Below, piece after piece: positions 18,899 to 28,039 of a DNA stretch of 31,560 nucleotides. Where the stretch lies: NCBI GenBank assembly GCA_043803945.1, contig JAZDJN010000099.1:1-31560 (forward strand). Reading direction: 5' to 3'. Numbering within the stretch: the stretch's first letter is position 1; every line of letters begins with the position of its first letter. Source of the stretch: a bacterium. Lineage in GTDB: Bacteria; Bacteroidota; Ignavibacteria; UBA10030. The notes below the pieces were generated by a model. It saw only the letters and a list, made by a program, of their open reading frames with translations. It made no database searches and had not been told where the DNA came from. The position numbers and the translations under genes were made by a program.

Positions 18899-19037
18899 CT
18901 TCTTCTCCGCTACCAACTTCACAACTCTGAGTGTTCGTTAACGGATTACCGAATCAAACATAAACTATTCTGTAATAAAACGCACTATGGACGGAGCGAG
19001 AAAACTTCCGACTCTATATATCTCCGGGTCGAGTGTC

Positions 19038-20303
19038 TCAAACTTTTTCCTTGACCACTTTTGCTTCTTTCAAGAGTTTATCAGTATGCACCATGCCAAA
19101 TCCGGGAGCTGTAGGTACATTAAGAAGGCCGTCCTTCACCATTATAGGCGGGTCAAAGAGTGGACCGGTTTGTTCAATTCCGCTTTTTAATTCTTGGAAC
19201 TTACCCATATTCGGCGTGAAACTAAAAAAATTCACCATGTCCGCAAATCCTGTATTGCCACTGGAAATATGTGTCGTGATGGGTATTTGTGCCGCGGCAG
19301 CCATTCGCGCAATCCTTGTCGTGCGAATATATCCGCCATAATAATGTAAATCCGGTTGAACGATTCTTAAGGCTTTGTTCCTGATCATCCAGGCAAACCG
19401 ATATTCGCTCGACTCCTGTTCGCCTCCGGATACCGGAATGGTGAGGGCGTCGGCAACCTGCTTGGTGGAATCAAGATCATCGAATGGGCATGGTTCTTCA
19501 AAAAGATAGGCGTTAATAGCTTCCAGTCGTTTACCGACCTCGATAGCTTTGGAGACATCGAACGAACCGTTGGCATCGGCCTGGATAGTGATTGAATCTC
19601 CCAACACTTTTCTAGAGAGTTCAATGAGATCCTCCGAACGATTCGGCATGGAATCTCTGTTACGGCTCATTCTTCCGCCTACTTTGAACTTCACTGCCTT
19701 CGCACCGGTCTCGGTGATTCGTTGTTGAAGAATCTTGACCTCTTCTACCGGCGTGGTTTCGCGGTTCCCGCTTGCAACATAAATAGGGACTTTATCGCGG
19801 ACCTTTCCGCCGAATAAGACGCTGATATGTTGGTGAGCTGTTTTTCCCAGCATATCAAGAATGCTTGCTTCCACCCATGCGACACAGCACCAAAACGGCA
19901 ATCCCTGCATTTTATAGTTGCTGTCATAGACATAGACGCCATCTAATAACGTTTCGAGGTCGCGTGCATCCTTCCCGATGAAGAATGGAATTACTTGTTG
20001 GAGGAGCATGGGATACAGGAAACTGATTTTTTCATTTGTCATGAAAAGCCCGACCGCTCCATCCCTGGATCGGGTGCGAACCAAAAAGAACCTGCCGCTT
20101 TTCAATAGGTTGATCGATTCGATGATGACCGGGCTTGTGAGAGACTCCAGATGAAGAACCGGTTTATTTGCCGCTGCCATCAGTGCATCATGTTCTTGAA
20201 GAGAAGAATCTCTGGAAGAACCAACGGTTGATACAGTTGAAAATGGAATGAAGAGAGACGTTGAAAGAGATGTTCTAAGAAAATGACGACGATTGAAATT
20301 CAT
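19038..20303 (-). CDS. mandelate racemase/muconate lactonizing enzyme family protein with a Tat signal
   Basis: NRRHFL leader; KFK, DANG, FEEP, GGEQE, QPD motifs. Confidence 0.9.
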   Translation of the reverse strand: MNFNRRHFLRTSLSTSLFIPFSTVSTVGSSRDSSLQEHDALMAAANKPVLHLESLTSPVIIESINLLKSGRFFLVRTRSRDGAVGLFMTNEKISFLYPMLLQQVIPFFIGKDARDLETLLDGVYVYDSNYKMQGLPFWCCVAWVEASILDMLGKTAHQHISVLFGGKVRDKVPIYVASGNRETTPVEEVKILQQRITETGAKAVKFKVGGRMSRNRDSMPNRSEDLIELSRKVLGDSITIQADANGSFDVSKAIEVGKRLEAINAYLFEEPCPFDDLDSTKQVADALTIPVSGGEQESSEYRFAWMIRNKALRIVQPDLHYYGGYIRTTRIARMAAAAQIPITTHISSGNTGFADMVNFFSFTPNMGKFQELKSGIEQTGPLFDPPIMVKDGLLNVPTAPGFGMVHTDKLLKEAKVVKEKV

Positions 20304-20366
20304 ATATACCTCTAATAGAAATATTTATGCCGTTTATCGACGTCGATAACCACAATTCGTTCTCAG

Positions 20367-20482
20367 GAGCTGCACGGTTTACTCCTTCGGAAGTACGCTT
20401 AATCCTTCCCCACGGAATGCCCCAGCATGGTACATAAGGAATGTGTCTGAAGAAATGTAGAAATGTTTGGCAGGAGAGTCAA
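20367..20482 (-). promoter_or_regulatory. sigma70 promoter plus conserved leader, copy 2
   Basis: TTGACT (20482-20477)-17 bp-TACATT (20459-20454), then the conserved leader. Confidence 0.7.
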
Positions 20483-20616
20483 TAACGCAAACAGGTCAAT
20501 AGCCGAGAAGCATGTGCTTTTTCTCAGGTAAACACCTGAACACTAAATGGCGTGAATAGAACTTACTATAGGAGGCGGTTTATAAATACCTACTCTGTAC
20601 GTAAAAAAAGTCGTCG

Positions 20617-20645
20617 TTGATTAACCGGAATCATATTATTATATT
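20617..20645 (+). promoter_or_regulatory. candidate sigma70 promoter for the GIY-YIG/tRNA unit
   Basis: TTGATT-17 bp-TATATT. Confidence 0.5.
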
Positions 20646-20740
20646 GTTTTTGAAGGAAGTGAAGCCATTAGACAAGTGGTTACTAATAGATCATTTCAAA
20701 AGGTTTTTAGAAAGTGTCGGATCATCAAGAACCTTAAGTT

Positions 20741-20831
20741 TCATCGGGACGTAGCGCAGTTCCGTTCCGCTCTCAGAGCGGGACGAGAATCCACGTCCCG
20801 AATGAAATTCGGGACGGGACCCGGAAGCGCA
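20741..20831 (+). pseudogene. duplicated 5' fragment of tRNA-Pro with a palindromic insert in the D-loop
   Basis: TTCATCGGGACGTAGCGCAG identical to 21071-21090; resumes CCCGGA-AGCGCA after a ~60-bp insert. Confidence 0.75.
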
Positions 20832-20835
20832 AAAG

Positions 20836-21099
20836 ATGTCATATTATGTCTATATCTTGCGGAGTAAAGTATCGGGTCAGTATTATGTGGGACAGACAGA
20901 TAATCTCCTATCCCGTGTAGAGAAACATAACAAGGGTGAAGTGCAATCAACAAAACCATTTCGTCCTTGGGAATTAGTTCATTGCGAAGAATACCAAACT
21001 CGCGGTGAAGCTGTAAGAAGAGAACGAGCAATAAAGGCAAAGAAGAAAAGAAAGTTTATTGAAGAACTTATTCATCGGGACGTAGCGCAGCCCGGATAG
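20836..21099 (+). CDS. small GIY-YIG nuclease
   Basis: YYVYIL..YYVGQT..R..HN.G..TK..RPW..A..RE..IK; stop codon lies in the tRNA D-loop. Confidence 0.9.
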   Translation: MSYYVYILRSKVSGQYYVGQTDNLLSRVEKHNKGEVQSTKPFRPWELVHCEEYQTRGEAVRRERAIKAKKKRKFIEELIHRDVAQPG

Positions 21100-21150
21100 C
21101 GCACTTGCTTGGGGTGCAAGGGGTCGCGGGTTCAAATCCCGCCGTCCCGA
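21076..21150 (+). tRNA. tRNA-Pro (GGG)
   Basis: acceptor CGGGACG/CGTCCCG, anticodon arm CTTGC-TTGGGGT-GCAAG, T-loop GGTTCAAATCC; CCA not encoded. Confidence 0.95.
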
Positions 21151-21372
21151 CTTCCAACTTGACCGGACTTAGTGAGCGAAGCTAAGTTCGCTGTCAAGTT
21201 GAGAATCTCGACATGCTGTTGGTCGGGATCTAACCATATATAGGACCTTTTTTTAAGCTCAGGAGTAATCTCTTGAGCTTTTCTTTTGTAGGGGTGTCCC
21301 GCCAAACTGCGGCCGGATCCTGAAATATCAATCGTGCTGAGTCAATCGATGATCTCCAATCGGAGCGCAAGT

Positions 21373-21524
21373 ACACCTCGTGATAGATTCCAAACAACGA
21401 CATTTTGGAATCACTATTATTTTCTTTTAAGAAATACAGAAATCCCTTAGTGATCCTCGAATGACTCTGTCGAGGATCTGCTATACGGAGCAACAAAACA
21501 CCTCGTGATAGATTCCAAACAACG
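21373..21524. repeat. 27-bp direct repeat
   Basis: ACACCTCGTGATAGATTCCAAACAACG at 21373-21399 and 21498-21524. Confidence 0.85.
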
Positions 21525-21664
21525 GCCCGCCTGTGCAGATACTTCAGTGGCAGCCGGGGAGCACCAAGAGAAAAGAGAATTGATAGATATTTAAATACGT
21601 AAGTGTAAATGAATGGTATCTACTCAGTTCGTTTAGTGCTCCTACAGTTTTCGCTTATCTTTTT

Positions 21665-21714
21665 GAGGCTGACTAAAAAGTTGGTCGAGCAGGCTGCTCG
21701 ACCTACAAGACTTA
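21665..21714. repeat. second copy of the GGTCGAGCAGGCTGCTCGACC palindrome with a MITE-like end
   Basis: closely similar to 1505-1554. Confidence 0.7.
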
Positions 21715-21786
21715 ACATCCGTTCATTATCTTATCCCAAGAGAAACAAAAAGGAAACCAAATTATACTTTTGGCGAACATGCTGAG

Positions 21787-22452
21787 TTATAACACAACGT
21801 TATTTAAATATTCCACTGCCTCATGGGCATGTGGTGAAAAGAAATCAGCGCCAATTTTAGTGCAAAATTTTTGCGTGATTGGAGCGCCGCCAATCAATAT
21901 TTTTGTGTCGGGATAAGTTTTCTTAATGGCTATGACGCTATTTTCCATATTGCGCATTGTTGTTGTCAGTAAAGCAGAAAGCCCTATAAAACAACCTGGG
22001 TGCTTGGCAAGTGCATCCAAAAATTTATTGGTCGGTACATCCACGCCAAGATCGATCACTTCAAATCCGCCGCCTGTGATAATCATGGAGACAAGATTTT
22101 TACCGATGTCATGCAAATCGCCGGAAACGGTTCCAATCACAAATTTGCCTTTGCGTTTCACCTCACCGGATTCCAGGAATGGCTTTATATGTTTCAACAC
22201 AGCATTCATTGCTCCGGCAGAAACGACCAGATTGGTCACGAACGCTCTATTCTCACTAAATTCTTTCCCGATCTTTTCCATCCCCAGCATGCAACCCTCT
22301 AAGAGAATATTCGGGTGAATGCCTTTCTTTAACGCATCGGCAGCAACCTCATCAGCGCCGTCTTGATCTTTCATATCCGGTGGAAAGGGTGCTGATTTGG
22401 AAACTTTACCTCGAGCGATGCACATCGCAATTTTTTCAACATACTCTTGCAT
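21787..22452 (-). CDS. corrinoid (B12-binding) methyltransferase protein
   Basis: GDLHDIGKNLV (DxHxxG), DLGVDVP, GLSALLT, GGAP. Confidence 0.92.
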   Translation of the reverse strand: MQEYVEKIAMCIARGKVSKSAPFPPDMKDQDGADEVAADALKKGIHPNILLEGCMLGMEKIGKEFSENRAFVTNLVVSAGAMNAVLKHIKPFLESGEVKRKGKFVIGTVSGDLHDIGKNLVSMIITGGGFEVIDLGVDVPTNKFLDALAKHPGCFIGLSALLTTTMRNMENSVIAIKKTYPDTKILIGGAPITQKFCTKIGADFFSPHAHEAVEYLNNVVL

Positions 22453-22463
22453 AATCCCTCTCT

Positions 22464-23360
22464 CTAGTTTGTTATAGTTAATCCTGCTTCTTTTATAATA
22501 GTCGGAGTGATACTTTCCCACATCACAGGCATTAAGTGGATGCCTCGAACTCCATGTATATTTTTAAGCGTACGAATAATTTCAACGGCCATTTTAACGC
22601 CCTCTTCTTTAGGATCGCGCGCATGGTTCATTCTGTCAATATATTCGTCCTTGATCTTAATGCCAGGAACTTCTTCTCTCATCCAGAGCAGCGTTTTTAC
22701 CGATCGTACAGGCATAACGCCAGCGAGGATCGCCGTTTTTTCATGCAGGCCCATTTCGACCACTTTTTCCATCCACCGGGTGAAAATCTCCAGGTCAAAG
22801 ACAGGCTGTGTTTGAATGAAATGCACACCGGCCTTGATTTTTTTATACAGACGAATTAATCGCATTTCAAACGGTTGAGCAAATGGATTCGCCGCTGCAC
22901 CGATGAGAAAGTCAGGTGCTTTTTTCATTTCACAACCGGAAAGCAAAAAACCGTCGTTCATCTTAGCAACGGCAGCAATGAGCTGAATGGAATCAAGGTC
23001 AAAGACTCCTTTAGCTTCGGGTTGGTCGCCAAATGTTTGATAGTCGCCGGTCAGGCAGAGCACATTCCGGATCCCTAACGCTGCGGCTCCTAACAGATCA
23101 CTTTGAATCGCCAGTCTGTTGCGGTCCCGGCAAGTTACCTGCATGATCGGCTCAACGCCTTCGTCTAATAAGATCTTCGCTGAGGCCATACTCGACAACC
23201 GAACAATCGCTTTCTGGTTGTCGGTGATATTCACCGCATCAACATAGCCCTTGAAATATTTTAATTTCTCCCGGAGAACATCGGCATCACAGCTTTGCGG
23301 CGGGCCGATTTCTCCGCAAAGAATAAACTGATTCGATTCAATTTTCTGTTTCAGCGTCAT
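22464..23360 (-). CDS. metF: methylenetetrahydrofolate reductase
   Basis: AVNITDN, TCRDRNR, LTGD, FIQTQPVFD, GIHLM. Confidence 0.92.
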   Translation of the reverse strand: MTLKQKIESNQFILCGEIGPPQSCDADVLREKLKYFKGYVDAVNITDNQKAIVRLSSMASAKILLDEGVEPIMQVTCRDRNRLAIQSDLLGAAALGIRNVLCLTGDYQTFGDQPEAKGVFDLDSIQLIAAVAKMNDGFLLSGCEMKKAPDFLIGAAANPFAQPFEMRLIRLYKKIKAGVHFIQTQPVFDLEIFTRWMEKVVEMGLHEKTAILAGVMPVRSVKTLLWMREEVPGIKIKDEYIDRMNHARDPKEEGVKMAVEIIRTLKNIHGVRGIHLMPVMWESITPTIIKEAGLTITN

Positions 23361-23817
23361 TAGAAATCATGTCCTTCACTTTTTGTTTATCATTGCGAAC
23401 GAACCAGATCGGTGCTTTAATTCGCTTTTTGAATACATTCAGCCACGACGATGTACCTTCCAGATTCCAGTTGTGGATTTTATTTATCGTATATAACAAG
23501 CTGATGCGATTCAACAGTATTGACCGATAATATATTTTGTACCATACGCACTTTCGATCAGGATACACTTCACACGATCCATCCTCGCCGGTTCCCCCGC
23601 ATGGACCATTGCGCAGCCGTTTTGGACAATTCTGGGAACAGATAAATGCGGTCGAGGATAAGATGCACTCGCCGCAATGTTGACACCGAAATAACGGCAC
23701 TTTGATAAGGTCTTCAAAAAAAAGGATAAGACGTGAGAATTTTCGTTCGTTTGCTGTAATGGGGGGTTTGTTTAAAGCGGCTAAGTCTTTTGACAAAGGT
23801 ATTTCCTTGTAGTTCAA
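23338..23817 (-). CDS. MTHFR small Cys-rich subunit (MetV-like)
   Basis: CQHCGEC..C..NCPKRLRNGPCGG..CEV..CVW; overlaps the metF start. Confidence 0.85.
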   Translation of the reverse strand: MNYKEIPLSKDLAALNKPPITANERKFSRLILFFEDLIKVPLFRCQHCGECILSSTAFICSQNCPKRLRNGPCGGTGEDGSCEVYPDRKCVWYKIYYRSILLNRISLLYTINKIHNWNLEGTSSWLNVFKKRIKAPIWFVRNDKQKVKDMISNDAETEN

Positions 23818-23916
23818 TTATGCCTGAGAAGTGCTTTTTTGTCTTTCAGCGAAAAGCATTCATCAATCATGCAATTTCATTTCACACAATTCACATCCAT
23901 TAAATTCGCTGGCGGT

Positions 23917-24789
23917 TTAAGAATAATACATCATCACTCTCATGATAGCGTCAATGCCTTCCAGTTTCAACACATCGTGTAAACATTGCATCGCTGGAGC
24001 ATCATCTGTCAACAGTGAGTATTTTCGTTTGACAGAACCGATGATGGTGTTCAATCCCAGTGGCATTGCCATAGTCAGAAATGCATTTTCCAGCGGGCCT
24101 TTCACCGGCGAACCGTCTGCCTTCTTGGAAGGCAGCATTGCTGTAAAATTACTCAATCCAACCGACATGTTGACACCGCTAAGATCTTTATCCTGATGAA
24201 TCAGCGCCATCGCATCCATGAGCCGCTTAAAATCTCCTTTAGAATCACTCCCGATCGGCATGATGCCGGGATCAAGAACGAGTTGCTCGTTCACCAGATG
24301 GTGTATCCGTTTTCGTGCGATGCTCACCATGAATTTCGCCGTAGCATAGATTTGTTCGGCTGATTTATTCATGATCATTTCACCGGAATCATCCATTCCT
24401 TCCGTGACAAGTAAAATAGGAATGAACGGTTGATTTGCATACATGTCAAACATTTCCAGGCGTGCTTCAGAAATTGAATTCAGAATCGGCTTTCGATTTC
24501 CAGCACGTTTAGCATTGTAAGCTTCCAACCCTGCAGCCGCAATTCCCGGATCAGGGGTATCTATTGAAAGCGGGAGCGAAATATGCTCTTGAATTTTTTT
24601 AATAACTTCTGCCATAAAGCCCGGAGAGCGGGGTCCAACATTTACATCAATATACGCCGCACCATTTTCTGCCTGCACTTTAGCCAAATCAACAATGCCA
24701 TCAATGTTATTTTCTTCAAATAATGTGTGAGTGGATGGGACCGAGTCATTAATGGATTCACCGATGATAGTAAGACCAGGGATACTCAT
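23917..24789 (-). CDS. pterin-binding methyltetrahydrofolate:corrinoid methyltransferase (AcsE/MetH pterin domain-like)
   Basis: IIGESIN, YIDVN, LSIDT, ILNS, LDPG, GLSNF. Confidence 0.85.
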   Translation of the reverse strand: MSIPGLTIIGESINDSVPSTHTLFEENNIDGIVDLAKVQAENGAAYIDVNVGPRSPGFMAEVIKKIQEHISLPLSIDTPDPGIAAAGLEAYNAKRAGNRKPILNSISEARLEMFDMYANQPFIPILLVTEGMDDSGEMIMNKSAEQIYATAKFMVSIARKRIHHLVNEQLVLDPGIMPIGSDSKGDFKRLMDAMALIHQDKDLSGVNMSVGLSNFTAMLPSKKADGSPVKGPLENAFLTMAMPLGLNTIIGSVKRKYSLLTDDAPAMQCLHDVLKLEGIDAIMRVMMYYS

Positions 24790-24990
24790 TCACTTACCTC
24801 CTTCACAAAACATTTAGAAAAAAATCACCAATGAGTTTAGGTGGCTTCCAGACAAGATGGCGTTCTCACTTCTTCATAAATCATCCATCAAGTGCTTAAC
24901 ACCATGGTATCTACGATTCAACACATTTGTAAATATCAAAGTGTGTCACAAATCCAGAGGTCTATCGTTCAATGGAATTATTCTTTTCAG

Positions 24991-25106
24991 AAGTTGCTCG
25001 GTTTACTCCTTCGGAAGCACGTTTAATCCTTCCCCACGGAATGCTCCAGCAGTGTACTTAAGGTATGATTCTGGAAGAATGTAGAAATGTTTGCCAGGAT
25101 AGTCAA
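24991..25106 (-). promoter_or_regulatory. sigma70 promoter plus conserved leader, copy 3
   Basis: TTGACT (25106-25101)-17 bp-TACATT (25083-25078); followed by half of the platform hairpin at 24951-24963. Confidence 0.7.
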
Positions 25107-25187
25107 TAACTCAATTTAGTGGAGGTACTTTCACTCTTTGCGATATCCGATACTGTGCAACAAGATAAAATCCATTAACCCTCCAAT

Positions 25188-25224
25188 AAAAAAAGCCGTC
25201 ACCAACAGTGTTGATGACGGCTTT
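25188..25224 (-). terminator. intrinsic terminator (copy of the atpG terminator)
   Basis: AAAGCCGTCA..TGACGGCTTTTTTT. Confidence 0.8.
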
Positions 25225-25243
25225 GAAGAACTGAAGTCCCTTC

Positions 25244-25516
25244 CTATCTGGCTTTTTTCAAGGCCTCGGCACCGCTGACGATCTCAAGAAGTTCTTTGGT
25301 AATGGCTGCCTGGCGGGCGTTATTAAATTTCAATGTCAGCACCCGGATGAGATCTTTTGCATTTTCCGTCGCATTATCCATTGCGGTCATTCGTGCACCC
25401 TGTTCAGCAGCATTCGATTCAAGCAGAATGCGCCACGCCTGATAGTTAAGGTGCCGCGGGATCAGTGCACTGACGAACTCGACGCTTGAAGGTTCATAAA
25501 TATATTCCACCTGCGC
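25244..25516 (-). pseudogene. atpG: duplicated 3' ~90 codons of atpG
   Basis: aligns to 28040-28312; 4 aa differences plus several synonymous changes. Confidence 0.92.
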
Positions 25517-25700
25517 CACCTGTCCTGATTATCATCTTTTGTGCTTCTCGATCAAAACTCACGAAACCACCTCCACCAAGAAATACGGCAACAGCAACAG
25601 GCGTTGCACAGAGGAATGTTTTTCCAAGCTTGGAGAGCTGCAATTTACCCTGAGCAAGAAACAGAGAAGGTCTACGATCACAAAGATTTACTAAACCAGT

Positions 25701-27368
25701 TTACTTCTTCTTTATTTCTTCCTTCAATCGCTTGATGTGGCCACGGCCTAATCCTTTTACTTCACAACCATATTCCAGATACTGCTTGATTTTATCATCA
25801 GTCAGAATTCCATAGCAATCAATTAATGCGAATGGTTGACCAACCCATTTAATAATTTCTCGAGGATTAAGTCTAACATACGGTTCGTGCGGAACTGCAA
25901 GTATGAGCGCCTCGACTCCTTTCAATGCCTTGGCCAGATCCTTCTGAACATGAATAGACGTCAGTCCTTCCTGATTTCTGAAAAATCGCTTCCAGGAATA
26001 CCCGACTGCTGGATATGTATCTTGATCCTCCAATTCAGGCCAGTGATCTACGTACGGATCGTGTACATGCAGATCAGCTCCCATTTCAGCCAATTTCCGA
26101 ACGACAAGTTCGCTGCCACTGTAGCGTGTATCACCTACATCCTGTCGATAGCTTGCCCCGCAAAGGAGGACATTTGCTGATGCGATATGACGCCCCATAT
26201 TCCGTAGTGCATCACGTGTTAGTTCAGCAACGTGTAATGCACGCATATCATTTATATCGATAGCATTCGGTGTAATTTTGAAAATTGAATCTCCATCTTC
26301 AAATCCGAGTATGTGCTGATACGCCCAGTAACCAAGTCCTCCATCCTTCGGAAGACAGTATCCGCCAATTCCGGGTCCTGGAAAAATAATGTTATTGTGT
26401 GTTGGGCGCATTTTTATCGCTTTGATGATCTTGATCAGATCGATGCCGTTTCGTTCGGCGAAAAGGCTCCATTCGTTTAGGAAAGCTAAAATTGTAGCTC
26501 GATATGAATTCTCAACTATCTTTGTTGTTTCCGATTCAATGGGGCGATCCATCACGGTTAATGGAAATTGCTTTGTGTTTAGTACTTCGTGTAAAAATTT
26601 TTCAACTCGGTTTCGTGCTTTTTCATTACACCCAGAGCAGACACGCCAGAAGTCGCGGATGCTGGCAACGTACTCTCGACCGGGCATCACACGCTCAAAG
26701 CTATGCGCAAGTAAAGGCTCAGAGTTGATACCACGGATAGCAAATGCTTTCTTGAGAATTGGCCATGCGATATATTCGGTAGTTCCAGGTGCAACGGTTG
26801 TTTCGATCAGGACGAGACACTCTGGTGAAATATTATCACCGATAGTCCTCATTGTCGCTTCGAGCGCTGACATATCTGCTTCACCAGTGCGCATATTGCC
26901 GAGCTCTTTTTTCAGAAAATCGCATTGTACATCGACCACGACACAATCAGCAAGTTTGAGGCATTCGCTATTGAAGGAAGCTATCAGTGTCTTCTTCTTT
27001 TTTACACACCTCTCAATGATTTGATCGACTTCTGGATCTTCTGCTTTGACAGGAGAAATACCACGGTTAAAGTACTTAATTTTCCAGTAACTTCGTGTAC
27101 TTGGTCTTTGATACCCGATAACAAATTTGCTTGGCCTCTTTTTATCATCTACAGAGTCTGCAATGATTGCTGCCATGACAGCACCCACAAAACCAAGTCC
27201 CACTACCACAACAATTTCTTTTCCTTCTTTGCGGGCTTGCTCTACTTTCGCTGCAACTTTCTTATATTCTTCATTATAGCTCGTTTTTTTTGGCAATCTG
27301 AATTTAATATGCGATGGACTAATAGAGATTTTAGGAATGACTCTTTTGGAATCGGTTTTGATTGACAT
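25701..27368 (-). CDS. nucleotide-sugar dehydrogenase (UDP-glucose/GDP-mannose dehydrogenase family)
   Basis: GLGFVG, ETTVAPGTT, ERVMPG, PGPGIGGYCLPKD, HDPYV. Confidence 0.9.
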   Translation of the reverse strand: MSIKTDSKRVIPKISISPSHIKFRLPKKTSYNEEYKKVAAKVEQARKEGKEIVVVVGLGFVGAVMAAIIADSVDDKKRPSKFVIGYQRPSTRSYWKIKYFNRGISPVKAEDPEVDQIIERCVKKKKTLIASFNSECLKLADCVVVDVQCDFLKKELGNMRTGEADMSALEATMRTIGDNISPECLVLIETTVAPGTTEYIAWPILKKAFAIRGINSEPLLAHSFERVMPGREYVASIRDFWRVCSGCNEKARNRVEKFLHEVLNTKQFPLTVMDRPIESETTKIVENSYRATILAFLNEWSLFAERNGIDLIKIIKAIKMRPTHNNIIFPGPGIGGYCLPKDGGLGYWAYQHILGFEDGDSIFKITPNAIDINDMRALHVAELTRDALRNMGRHIASANVLLCGASYRQDVGDTRYSGSELVVRKLAEMGADLHVHDPYVDHWPELEDQDTYPAVGYSWKRFFRNQEGLTSIHVQKDLAKALKGVEALILAVPHEPYVRLNPREIIKWVGQPFALIDCYGILTDDKIKQYLEYGCEVKGLGRGHIKRLKEEIKKK

Positions 27369-27718
27369 GCAATAAGCCTTTCAAAGGATAATAGTGCTTG
27401 TTAGTAGAACATAGGGATTTATAATACGATCTACCCCCTAGTGATGTGCCAATGGTAAGTTTGTTTTTCACTTTAGTCAAGCGCAGAATCACCAACATCC
27501 AGGCTGGTAATCGAACAACAGCCTAGACTATGGACGTACCTGACAAACAATGGTACTAGATAAGCTGGAACAGCATATTGATTCGGTCAGGGACAAACTC
27601 TTAAAAAGCAAAAATTCTTTGAGTTTGAGTTTAGAACCAACTTTCTATCTGGGTAGTACTGCGGACCAGATGGATGGTATAGATATCATAGAGATATCAT
27701 ATACGTAACAAAACGCAC

Positions 27719-27805
27719 TGTCATTTCCGAATGCTTCTATCGGGAATCTCGAATTTGGAGAACTCTGGGCACAAGACCACCCGATAAAAGCACTCGAGTG
27801 AGACA
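27719..27805. repeat. degenerate GTCATT..GGAATC REP-like palindrome
   Basis: tgtcatttccgaatgcttctatcgggaatct...cccgataaaagcactcgagtgagaca. Confidence 0.5.
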
Positions 27806-27984
27806 ATGGTGTAGTTTTTGGACAACCTCGGAATTGCGTTACGCCCGAATATTCGAGAAAATAAAAGAAATTGAATGTTTGCCCAATTTCTTTCGAATAG
27901 ATCTAAGAACTTTTCGATCAGGATGCAATGCTCAATATGACGCAGAACATTTCACTCTTTTAGCGATCTGACAGCCGCTCCAAT

Positions 27985-28017
27985 AAAAAAGCCGTCTCCA
28001 ACTGTGTTGAAAACGGC
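27985..28017 (-). terminator. atp operon intrinsic terminator
   Basis: GCCGT..ACGGC-TTTTTT after atpG. Confidence 0.75.
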
Positions 28018-28039
28018 CCTGAAGAATAAGAGTCCTTCC

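Noticed and set aside
18566-19037. Integron integrase or its remnant next to attI
   Set aside because: No tyrosine-recombinase motifs found on either strand; the 82-aa + ORF is read through repeats.
20380-20438. Leader as a conserved peptide L(K/M)YxAGAFxGEGLxVLPKE*
   Set aside because: Only one of three copies has an ATG, there is no RBS, and changes are as often non-synonymous as silent; not fully excluded.
21373-21524. CRISPR array
   Set aside because: Only two repeats, a 98-bp gap and no cas genes.
21523-21537. ZTP (pfl) riboswitch 3' motif CGGCCCGCCTGTGCA near folate genes
   Set aside because: It is on the opposite strand and downstream of the operon, and the 5' aptamer half is missing.
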